Assembly (NCBI GenBank): GCA_038087875.1
Contig: CM075987.1
Coordinates: forward strand, 17,486,001-17,550,000
DNA length: 64,000 nucleotides
Source: Malacoraja senta
Taxonomy: Eukaryota
Direction of reading: 5' to 3'
Shown here: positions 40,701 to 52,700 of the stretch, one piece after another
How positions within the stretch are numbered: position 1 is the first letter of the stretch
Layout: every line of letters starts with the position of its first letter
Translations under genes and position numbers: made by a program
The notes under the pieces: generated by a model
What the model was told of the DNA's origin: nothing
What the model saw: the letters and a program-made list of their open reading frames with translations, nothing else
Databases searched by the model: none

Positions 40701-43700
40701 TCAATTGTGGGAGGGAGTTCCAGAGCCTGGGAGCTGCCCTGGAGAAGGCTCTGTTTCCAAAAGTGCAGAGGTTGGATTTCGGAATGGAGAGGAGACCGGC
40801 TGATGTGGATCTGAGGGACCGTGAGGGTTGGTAGGGGGAGAGGAGGTCAGTGAGATAAGGGGGGGCCAAGTGGTTGAGGGCTTTGTAAGTGAGGACCAGG
40901 AATTTGTAGATGATCCGGTGGGAAATGGGAAGCCAATGAAGTTCTTTGAGAACTGGGGTGATGTGGTGCCAGGATTTGGTGTGGGTGATGAGTCGGGCGG
41001 CTGCATTCTGGACCAGTTGGAGTCGGTTGATGTTGCTGGAATTAATGCCGAAGAGAAGAGAGTTACAGTAGTCCAGTCGGGAGGAGATGAAGGCATGGAT
41101 GAGTCTTTCAGCAGCAGGGACTGTGAGAGAGGGTCTGATTTTGGCAATGTTGCGGAGGTGAAAAAATGATGTTTTGACAACATGGCGGATGTGAGGCTCA
41201 AGGGAGAGGGTTGAGTCAAAGATCACACCAAGGTTGCGGGCCTGAGGAGATGGGGAGACAGTGGTGCCATCAATAGTGAGAGTGGGGTTGTTAATTTTGG
41301 TAAGTGTTGATTTGGAGCCAATGAGGAGAAATTCTGTTTTGTTACTGTTTAATTTAAGGAAGTTGAGTTGCATCCAAGATTTGATGGCTGACAGGCAGGA
41401 GTTGATATGGGAGAGAGGGGGGTGGTGGGGGACTTGGTGCTGAGATAGATCTGGGTGTCATCAGCATAGCAATGGAAGTCCAGGTTGAAGTGACGGAGTA
41501 TATGACCAAGGGGGAGGATGTAGATGATGAAGAGGAGGGGACCGAGAACGGAGCCTTGGGGAACGCCTTGAGTGACAGTGGCTGTGGCAGAGGTGTGGTT
41601 ATGGAGAGAGATGTAGAGAGACATATATACATATAGCCCTCACTCAGAGGACGTCAAGAAAGGTTTGGGAGTATAGATAGGTTTTTAGTCTTGACTTAAA
41701 GGAGTCGATGGAGGGGGCAGTGCTGATAACAAGAGGAATCGAATATAGGAACAAAGCGGTCCTTCTGCAGTTGTACAGAGCCCTAGTGAGACCACACCTG
41801 GAGTATTGTGTGCAGTTTTGGTCCCCTAATTTGAGGAAGGACATTCTTGCTATTGAGTGAGTGCAGCGTAGGTTTACAAGGTTAATTCCCTGGATGGCGG
41901 GACTGTCATATGCTGAGAGAATGGAGCAGCTGGGCTTGTACACTCTGGAGTTTAGAAGGATGAGAGGGTATCTCATTGAAACATATAAGATTGTTAAGGG
42001 CTTGGACACACTAGAGGCAGGAAACATGTTCCCGATGTGGGGGGAGTCCAGAACCAGGGGCCACAGTTTAAGAATAAGGAGTAAGCCATTTAGAACGGAG
42101 ACAAGGAAACACTTTTTCTCACAGAGAGTGGTGAGTCTGTGGAATTCACTGCCTCAGAGGGCGGTGGAGGCAGGTTCTCTGGATGCTTTCAAGAGAAAGC
42201 TAGATAGGGCTCTTGAAAATAGCAGAGTCAGGGGATATGGGGAGAAGGCAGGAACCGGGTATTGATTGGGGATGATCAGCCATGATCACATTGAATGGCG
42301 GTGCTGGCTCGAAGGGCCGAATGGCCTACTCCTGCACCTATTGTCTATTCTAAGAGTTGAGAAACAGAGACTTTGAGGCAGACTCATGGGTTAGAGTCAT
42401 ACATCGTGGAAACAGACCCTTCGGCCTGACTTGCCCACACCAACCAACATGCCCTACTACACTAGTCCGACCTGCCCGCGTTTGGCCAATATCCCTCTGA
42501 ACCAGTCCTATCATTGAACCTGTTTAAATGTCTCTTAAACATTATGAGTCCAAGCTGTCTACGATGCCCAACCAAGCCCAGCAAACCTCCACGTCTGGGG
42601 CAAGAGCGAGATAATTCCTGCCCACTTTGCTCTGGAAGAGGATCATTAGAACATCTCCTCAGCAGCTGCCCAAAGTCCCTTGGGGAAGGTCGCTATCGGT
42701 GGCTCCATGACCAGGTGCTCAAGGTGGGTGCTGAGAGCATAGCCACTGCAATCGGTAACAGCAAACACCACCACGCCCCAAAGAAATTAATCACTTTTGT
42801 CAAAGCTGGAGAGAAGCCCCGACTGTAGATGATATGTGCATGTACCTTTAACATAGTGACCTCACCACTACTAACCACTCCCCACATCACTGGTATAAAT
42901 ACAACCTTCCCACCCAGTTCTCTCTCTGTGGTTCCAGTGACAGACCACGGACAGCTAGGGCAGAAATGTATGTGTATAATGTGTATTATGAATAAACAGT
43001 AGTAAAGAAACAGTGCGTTATGACGCATCTTTACATGGTGTCAGCCTCGTACCTTTGCGCCTCCAGTTTATCGGGTTTTCTTTCTTTTGAACCGTTTTCC
43101 CATTTTGTTTTTTTATCTCCCGTGCCATGGCCACTTCTTGCCGTAAGCCCGATATGCTCGTCTTCGACTCAGACATTGTCCATCGGTGGGGTATCTTTAG
43201 ACGTGACTTTCAACACTACGTCACGATCGCCCACCCTGCTGCCACCGCTGCTACTCAGGCTTCCCTGCTTCTCAACCTGGCTGGTCCTGATGCCCTGGAA
43301 CGGGCTGAGTCGTTTGTCTATGCTGTTGGTGAAGATGCTCGGGACCCGGTATGTCTTATGGCTAAGTTTACCGCGATGTGCGACATCCCCACTAACTGCA
43401 TCCTAGAGCGTTTTAAAATGTTCACCCGGCGTCAGCTCCCTGGAGAGTCAATCGGTAGCTACATCGCTGCACTGCGTCACCTGGCCAGGCGTTGCAGCCT
43501 GGACATGCTGACCCCCGATCAACTGACCCGGGACATTTTAGTGTATGGTTTTCAAGATGAAAAACTAAGGGCTGAACTTCTGCGGAAGCACGACCTGTCT
43601 TTAACCGAGGCTCTGCACGCCTCCCGCATGGCTGAGGCTGTCGCCTCGGCGGTGTCGTCTGCTGATCATGACATTAACTTTGCCAGTGTTGCTGGTCGCC

Positions 43701-46700
43701 GGCGAAACGCTGGCCCGCAACGGCAACGGGGGTCCCCCGCGTCAGGGGGTAGCAGCCCACAGCGGTGCCCCAACTGCAACTTTACCTCCCACCAGTCTAA
43801 TGTGTGCCCTGCACTGGGAAAAACGTGCAACGTTTGCGGGAAATTAAACCATTTCTCTGCAGCCTGTCGCTCCCGTGGGAAGCCAATTCCTGCTCCTCGC
43901 CGAATGTTAAACAACCTTGCTCGAGCTGATAGTGCGCTTGGTTCACAGTTCCAGCCTGATGAACTCCCTTTCTCTGATACAAGTTCCTCCCAGGGGGAGA
44001 CCAGCATATTTTCGGTGTTGGATGCACCTGCACTGATAACGGACCCTTCGGTTCGCGTTACTGTCAACGGCTCGACCTTCACCGCCAAACTCGACACGGG
44101 GGCCGCGACCAATGTTATGTCAATAGGCCTCTTCAAGAAGATAAGGTCTAGTGAGAAAGTCACTCCCGATCACTCCCTTTTGCATGCCTATGGGGGAGCC
44201 GAGCTCGTTCCAGTGGGGAGGGCTACCCTGCACTGCAAGGTACTGCATGCCGCTCAGCCCCTCACTTTTTATATACTGGATACTAACGACATCACCCTTT
44301 TGGGTGCCCAGGCGTGCCAGGACCTCGGCTTGGTCTCTTTCCACCGCGATATCCACCAGGTGCGGACCCTTATGGACCCCCTGCGCGAATACCCTGACCG
44401 TTTTGATGACAAGCTGGGCAAGCTGCCCTGCTGCTACAAGATCGTTGTCAACCTCGATGTTGAGCCTATGATCCGTCCACCACACCGCGTCTCCTTCGCC
44501 ATGAAGCACAAGGTGGAGTCAACGCTGCTCGACATGGTTACCATGGGCATCCTGAAGGAGGTGAGCGAACCCACCCGGTGGATCTCAACCATGGTTGTTG
44601 CGGCGAAAAAGGACAAGAGTGAAATTCGCATTTGCATCAACCCCAAAGACCTGAACCTTGCCATCAGACGCCCTCACTACCCCATGCGAACAGTGGAGGA
44701 CGTCGCTGCGCAGGTTGGCCCGGCCACTGTCTTCTCGGTTCTCGATGCCAAGAGCTCCTTCTGGCAGACACCGCTGGAAGAGCGGTCCTCCTACTTGACT
44801 ACTTTCGGCACACCTTTCGGCAGGTACCTATTCCTCCGCATGCCATTCGGGATCAACTCTGCCAGCGAGGTCTTCCAGCGGACGATGGAGCAGCTATTCA
44901 TCGGTCTGCCGTGTGCCATCATCGTTGACGACATCCTGGTCTACGGTAAAGACGTTGCTGAGCACAATCTCCACCTCCGTCGAGTCCTGGACCGGGCCCG
45001 TGAAATCAACCTCAAACTAAACCCAAAGAAGTGCCGGTTCTGCGTCCCGGAGGTCACCTATGTGGGCCACGTTTTTACCGCATCGGGGCTGAAGCCCGAC
45101 CCGCAGAAGACAGCTGCGGTCTCCGATATGTCTTCGCCCACCGACGTGCCCAGCCTGCAGCGTTTCCTGGGCATGGTTAATTACTTGGGGAAGTTTATCC
45201 CCGACCTCAGCGAGCTGAGCGCGCCCCTGAGGGAGTTGATCAAGAAGGACACTGCCTGGGCTTGGTTCCAGCATCACCAGACAACTTTTGACGTTCTGAA
45301 GTCCAGGCTGGCCAGTACCCCCACTCTCCAATTCTTCGATCTGCAGCGCCCCATTGTTTTTACATGCGACGCCTCCAAGTTCGGTCTGGGTGCTGCCTGT
45401 CTGCAGCTCCACGATGGCCTGCAGCTGCCTGTTTCCTACGCATCCCGCACCATGACCCCTGCCGAGCAGCGCTATGCTCAGACAGAGAAGGAGCTGCTTG
45501 CTGTGGTGTTTGCCTGCTCCAAGTTCAAGGACTATATCCTGGGCAACAGTTTCACGATCGAGACCGACCATCAGCCGCTGGTCTCTATCCTCAACAAGCC
45601 CATCCACGTTGCCGCGTCCCGGTTGCAGCGCATGATGCTACAGCTCCAGCGTTTTATGTTTAAAATTGTGTATCGCAAGGGCAAGGACATGTCCGTGGCC
45701 GACACGCTGTCCCGCGCACCTCTAACGTCCACTGATCGCCATCCATATGAATCGTCCGACCTGATGGTGCTTAACGTCAACATCGTGCCTTCCCAGCAAA
45801 TGCAGTCCCTGGTCAGCAACACTGCCAAGGACCCTTCCCTGCAGCAGCTTGCCGACGTCATCAGGCAGGGCTGGCCAGACCGTCGTTCATCCTTGCCGCC
45901 TGGAGTCGTGCCCTACTTCCTGGTCTGTGACGAGCTCGTGCTGCACGACGGCGTGGTCGTGAAGGGACACAAGGTCGTTGTGCCTGCTGCCCTGCGGGAC
46001 CTATACTTTCATACCACCCACCGCGGTCATCCTGGGGCCGAGGCCACCCTGTCTCGGGCCCAGAGTTTGTTCTACTGGCCCGGCATGGCCCAAGACATCC
46101 GGAAGAGGGTCTCCGCTTGCTCTGTCTGCAATAGCCTCGCTCCCCATCAGCAACGGCAGCCGCTTCTGCCACAGCCTGCCCCCGAGCTGCCCTGGATGAC
46201 TGTCGCCGCTGACATTTTTGAGTGGCGTGGAAAGCATTTCCTGGTTCTTGTGGACTCGTACTCCAGCTGGTTCGAGGTGGACCAGCTGCACTCCCTAACC
46301 TCTTCGTCCGTTATCGGCAAGCTGCGCCGCCACTTCGGAACCCATGGCACCCCGGCAAGTCTTCAATCGGACAACGGCGGCCAGTTCTTGAGCGCTGAAT
46401 TTCGGCGTTTCGCTGCCAGTTGGAACTTCCGACACTACACCAGCAGCCCAGAGTACCCACAAAGCAACGGGTTGGCAGAGCGCGCTGTCCGCAGTGCTAA
46501 GGACTTGCTGGGACATTGCAGACTGTCCCATTCTGATTTTTACTTGGCCCTCCTCAATCTTCGAAACATTTGCCGCGACACTGCCTTGGGCTCCCCAGCT
46601 CAACGGCTGATGTCTCGCACTACGAGACCTCCGATCCCGGTGACCCAGCGGTCCCTCGTTCCCTCTGTCCTCCGTCCCGCTGCCGTCCAGGAGCGCATTG

Positions 46701-49700
46701 CCCTCAAACAAGAAATCCAACGGCGCTCCCACGACAAGTCTTGTCGTCCTCTCCCGCCTCTGCTCTCAGGCCAAGTCGTCCGAATGCAATCCCCCTCCGG
46801 TCACCCCCGGTCACCTCATCGTCGGTACTGCTGGTTCGCCGCGGTCCTACCTTGTCGACCATGACGGTACCATTTACCGCCGGTCCCGGCAACATCTGCG
46901 GCTTGTTAACGAGCCACCACCGCCGCCTGCGGATCCCTTTTCCCCCCCACTGTCGACAACGCTGCCTGCCCCTCCGGCCAGTCCTCCCTCGCCTGCCCGT
47001 CTTCCTGCTACGGCTCCTGCTTCCCCTGCTCCTTCTCCGTTTTCTCGTTCTCCTCCCGGTTCCCCGGTTCTCTCCCCCGCGCCGGCTCCTGCTCATGCTC
47101 CGCCTGCAGAAGGGGGGGATGGCGAAATGCGTACCCAGTCCGGGCGGGTGGTCAGGCCGCCTATCCGTTATGGTGAATTTGTTTAACTGTTTGCTCACCT
47201 GCTCGTAGCGTATGAGACGTGGTCGCCCTGTCACTTCGGTATTGCTTATTATTTCCAAGGGGAAGGATGTAGATGATATGTGCATGTACCTTTAACATAG
47301 TGACCTCACCACTACTAACCACTCCCCACATCACTGGTATAAATACAACCTTCCCACCCAGTTCTCTCTCTCTGGCTCCAGTGACAGACCACGGACAGCT
47401 AGGGCAGAAAAGTATGTGTATAATGTATATTAAGAATAAACAGTAGTAAAGAAACAGTGCGTTATGACGCATCTTTACACCGACCACAACCAAAAACAAG
47501 GACGGGCCTCCTCTACACAGCTCATGACGGGCAGCTGCACATCAATCTGGACAAACAGCTGAAATTTCCACAGCAACATCACTCCGGCCAGACTTGATCA
47601 TCACCTCCGAAGTGACAAAACAGCTGATCATTCTGGAGCTGACAGTGCCCTGGGAAGAGCGTATTGAAGAGGCCAACGAGAGGAAACGAGCAAAGTACCA
47701 GGAACTGGTGGAGATGTGCCAGGACAGCGGCTGGAAGACACACTATGAGCCCATAGAGGTGGGCTGTAGAGGCTTTGCAGGACGCTCACTCTGCAAAGTC
47801 CTCAACCAGTTGGGCATTACGGGGCTGGCAAAGAAGAGGGCCATTCAATCCGCACGCAAACCGCAGAGGGCTGATCCGTGGGCGGTTGCTGCTGGGACGC
47901 AAGTCGGGGCCTGATCAACCCCGGCTGGGTCGCCTGGGCGAGGGTGTCTGATGTTGTGAGACCCGAAACACCCGATGACCCCAGATCACATCACTGAGGA
48001 TGCGTCCCAGCGCATCTAGAAGATGTATCTTTCACACTATAGTACTTGCCTCAACTACCTCCACTGACAGCTCGTTCCATATACCCACCACCCTTTGAGT
48101 AAACACCTTACCCCTCAGGTTCCTATTAAATCTCCCCCCCCCCCTTCACCTAAGACCTATGTCCTCTGCTTCTTGACTTCCCTACTCTGCCTCTATGCAT
48201 CTACCCAATCTATTCCTCTCATGATCTTGTACACTGCTATAAGATCACCCCTCATCCTCCTACGCTCCAAGGAATAGACTCCTAGCCTGCCCCAACCTCT
48301 CCCTATAGCTCAGGCCCTTGAGTCCTGGCAACATCCTCGTAAATCTTCTCTGCACCCTTTCAAGCTTGACAATAACATGGTGACCAAAACAGAACACAAT
48401 ACTCTTAATGTGACCTCATCAATGTCTTGTACAACTGTAACACAACCCCCCCAACATAGATACTCAACACCTTGACTGATGGAGGCCATTGTGCTGAAAG
48501 CAGCTTTGACCGCCCTATTCAGTGTAGGTCCTGTCCACGTTAGACATCACAAACTGCTCCACCTCTCATTTTACTGTATTAATTTCCATGTCTTGGTCAT
48601 TAGTCATTTGTCTTGGTTGGTTGAAGGAATGGCTGCCAACTGGATCCTAAAATTGGCTCAGTATTTGGAGGCAGAGATAGATGTATGAGATGTTTGGCCC
48701 ACCGTGTCCATGCCAATCATGTTGGCATTCTGGGCTGGAAGGCCCGCATCTGGCCCATATCCCTGTAAACTTCCTATCCATATATCTGTCCAAATGTCTT
48801 TTAATAAGATGATGCATTTTGGGAGGATTCAAAAATCGTGGGGGGAATAGATAATTTTTTTCCCAGAGAGAAGATAAAAACAGAGAACATGGGTTTAAGG
48901 TGAGAGAGGAAAGATTTTGTGAGAAACTGAGGGGCACATTATACACAGAGGGTGGGGGGTATATGGAATGAGCTGCCAGGGGAGGTAGTTGAGGCATTTA
49001 GAGGGATATGGACCAAATGTGGGGCTAACTTAGATGGGGTACCATTGTTGACATGGCCAAGTTGGGCTGAAGGGCCTGTTTTCGTGCTGTATGAGCCTAG
49101 GTCGAGTGATGATTGGGTAGACAGTAAACAGTAGGGCCCTCGGGATGCTGCTGGCTGCTGTTCAACTGCACCTGAGGCATGGAGGTTTAGTTTAGTTTAT
49201 TGTCACAGAGTCATAGTGATACAGTGTGGAAACAGGCCCTTCAGCCCAATTCGCCCACACCGGCCAACAATGTCCCAGCTACACTAGTCACAGAGTGATA
49301 CAGTGTGGAAACAGGCCCTTCAGCCCAACTCGCCCACACCGGCCAACAATGTCCCAGCTACACTAGTCATACAGTGTGGAAACAGGCCCTTCAGCCCAAC
49401 TCGCCCACACCGGCCAACAATGTCCCAGCTACACTAGTCACAGAGTGATACAGTGTGGAAACAGGCCCTTCAGCCCAACTCGCCCACACCGGCCAACATG
49501 TCCCATCTACACTAGTCCCACTTGCCTGCACTTGGTCCTTATCCCTCCAAACCTGTCCTATCCTGTCTAACTGTTTCTTAAACGATGGGATATTCCCAGC
49601 CTCAACTACCTCCTCTGGCAGCTTGTTCCATACACCAACCACCCTTGAAAAAGTCACCCCTTGGATTCCTATTAAATCTTTTCCCCTTCACCTTGAACCT

Positions 49701-52700
49701 GTCCTCTGGTCCTCGATTCCCCTACTCTGGGCAAAAGACTCTGTGCATCTACCCGATCTATTCCTCTCATGATTTTGTATACCTCTATAAGATCCCCCCT
49801 CATCCTTCTGCGCTCCATGGAATAGAGACCCAGCCTACTCAACCTTTTTTCAGATAGAAAATAAAGACCCAGCCTACTCAACCTCTTTAAATCTTTTCTG
49901 AACCCTTTCAAGCTTGACAATATCTTTCCTATAACATGGTGCCCAGAACTGAACACAATATTCTAAATGCGGTCTCACCAACGTCTGATACAACTGCAAC
50001 ATGACCTCCCAACTTCTATACTCAATACTCTGACTGATGAAGGGCAAAATGCCAAAAGCCTTTATGACCACCTTATCTACCTGTGACTCGACCTTCAAGG
50101 AACCATGCACCTGTACTCCTAGTTCCCTCTGCTCTACAACACTACCCAGAGGCCTACCATTCACTGTGTAGGTCCTGCCCTTGTTCGACATCCCAAAATG
50201 CAACACCTCACACTTCTCTGTATATTAAATTCTATCAACCATTCCTCCGCCCACCTGGCCAATCGATCCAGATCCTGCTGCAATCTTTCACAACCATCTT
50301 CACTATCTGCAAAACCACTCACTTTTGTATCATCAGCAAACTTGCTAATCTTGCCCTGTATGTTCTCATCCAAATCATTGATGTAGATGACAAACAGTAA
50401 CGGGCCCACTACCGAACCCTGAGACACACCACTAATCACAGGCCTCCAGTCCGAGAAGCAACCTTCCACCATCACCCTCTGCTTCCTTCCATGGAACCAA
50501 TTTGCTATCCATTCAGCTCTCTCTCCTTGGATCCCATGAGATCTAACCTTCCTGAACAATCAGCCTACCATGCGGAACCTTATTGAACGCCTTACTGAAG
50601 TCCATGTACACAACACCTACAGCTCTGCCCTCATCAACCTTCAAAAAACTCAATCAGATTTTGCATGTGCCAAATTATCGTGAAAAGCTTTTTTGTTGCA
50701 TGCTAACCAGTCAGCGGAAAGTGACATGATTACAATCAAGTCATCCAAGGTGTACAGGTACGTGATAAAGGGAATAACATTTAGTGAAAGATAAAGTCCA
50801 ATTTACAATAGTCCAAGGGTCTCCAACGAGGTAGTTGGTAGCACAGGACTGCTCTCTAGTTGGTGAGAGGACGGTTCAGTTGCCTGATAATAGTTGGAAA
50901 GAAGCTGTCCCTGAATCTGGAGGTGTGCGTTTTCACATTTCTGTACCATTTTCCTGATGGGAGAGAGGAAAAGTGGGCGTGACTAGGGTGAGACTGGTCC
51001 TTGATAATGTTACTGGCCTTACTGAGGCAGCGTGAAGTGTAGATGGAGTCAATGGAAGGGAGGTTGGTTTGTGCGATGGTCTGGGCTGCGTCCACAATTC
51101 TCTGCAGTTTCTTGCGGTCTTGGATGGAGCTGTTCCCAAACAACCTGTGATACATCCTGATAAAATGCCTTCTACAGCACGTTTGTAGAAGTTGGTGAGA
51201 ACTGTTGGGGACATGCCAAACCTCCGAAGCCTTCTAAGGAAGGAGAGGCATTGTGAGCTTTCTTGGCCATTGCTTTGATATGGCTGGTCCAGGACAAGTT
51301 GCTGGTGATATTTACTCTTAGGTACTTGAAGCTTTCAACTATCACTATTGTATACTGGGGTATGTGTACTGCTTCACTTCCTGAAGTCCATTACTAACAT
51401 AACAAGAGGAGTTGAGTATAGGAGCAAAGAGGTCCTTCTGCAGGTGTACAGGGTCCTAGTGAGACCACACCTGGAGTATTGTGTGCAGTTTTGGTCTCCA
51501 AATTTGAGGAAGCATATTCTTGCTATTGAGGGAGTGCAGCGTAGGTTCACAAGGTTAATTCCCAGGATGGCGGGACTGTCATATGCTGAGAGAATGGAGC
51601 GGCTGGGCTTGTATACTCTGGAATTTAGAAGGATGAGAGGATATCTTATTGAATCATATAAGATTATTAAGTGTTTGGACAGTCTAGAGGCAGGAAACAT
51701 GTTCCCGATGTTAGGGGAGTCCAGAACCAGTGGCCACAGTTTAAGAATAAGGGGTAAGCCATTTAGAACGGAGACGAGGAAACACTTTTCACACCGAGAG
51801 TTGTGAGTCTGTGGAATTCTCTGCCTCAGAGAGGGTGGAAGCCGGTTCTCTGGATACTTTCAAGAGAGAGCTAGATAGGGCTCTTAAAGATAGCGGAGTC
51901 AGTGATTATGGGGAGAAGGCAGGAACGGGATACTGATTGTGGATGATCAGCCATGATCACATCGAATTGCCGAATGGCCTCCTCCTGACGTTGAGAGAAA
52001 GGTTGTTGTCTCGACACCCGGACACGAGGTTCTCAATCTCCTTCCTGTACTCCTTCTCATCATTATTTGATACCCGGCCCACAATGGTGGTGTCGTCTGT
52101 GAATTTGTAAATTGAATTAGATGTGTACATGGCTACACAGTCGTAGGTGTACAAGGAGTAAAGAAGGGGGCTGAGAACCTAGCCTTGCGGAGCACCAGTG
52201 GTGAGGATTATCGTAGAGGATGATTTGTCCCCTATCCTCACTGACTGGGGTCTGTTGGTCAGGAAGTCGAGGATCCAGTTACAGAGATGAGTGCTGACTC
52301 CAAGTCCAGCTAGTTTGCTGATGAGCTTGGATGGTATAATGGTGTTAAAGGCAGAGCTGTCGTCTATGAATAGGAGTCTCTCTTATCCGGGTGTTCCAGG
52401 GATGAGTGCAGGGCCAGGGAGATGGCATCAGCCGTGGACCTGGTGTGGAGGTAGAACTACAGTGGGCCAAGGCCGCTGGAGAGAATGGATTTAATGTCTT
52501 CCATAACTAGCCCCTGGAAGCACTTCATGGTGGTGGATGTCAAGGCCACTGGACGGTAGTCATTCAGGCATGAGGTCTTGCTTTCTTTGGCACTGGGATG
52601 ATAGTGGTCTTCTTGAAGCAAATGGGCACCTCAAAGCAGAGTAGTCCGATAGAGATGTCCGTGAATACTGGTGCTAGCTGGTCCGCGCAGTTTCTGATGA

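Larger units (their letters stand above)
42824..47479 (+). mobile_element. Gypsy (Mag-like) LTR retrotransposon, full length
   Basis: 212-bp TG...CA LTRs, 5-bp TSD CCGAC, PBS TGGTGTCAG (43036), PPT AAGGGGAAGGA (47257-47267). Confidence 0.98.
42546..48035 (+). mobile_element. Hero-clade non-LTR element (restriction-like endonuclease), 5'-truncated, split by the Gypsy element
   Basis: [28 protein letters not shown] (CCHC, RHD-like) left of the Gypsy; [27 protein letters not shown] (PD-(D/E)xK-like) right of it. Confidence 0.85.

Noticed and set aside
43666..47285. Antisense and alternate-frame ORFs over the Gypsy pol
   Set aside because: Expected shadows of a GC-rich coding sequence; no motifs.
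47940..47975. CTGATG...GAAAC in the Hero 3' UTR as a hammerhead
   Set aside because: The core reads CUGAUGU rather than CUGAnGA, and it is better explained as a GGGTGT/ACACCC stem-loop of the 3' UTR.
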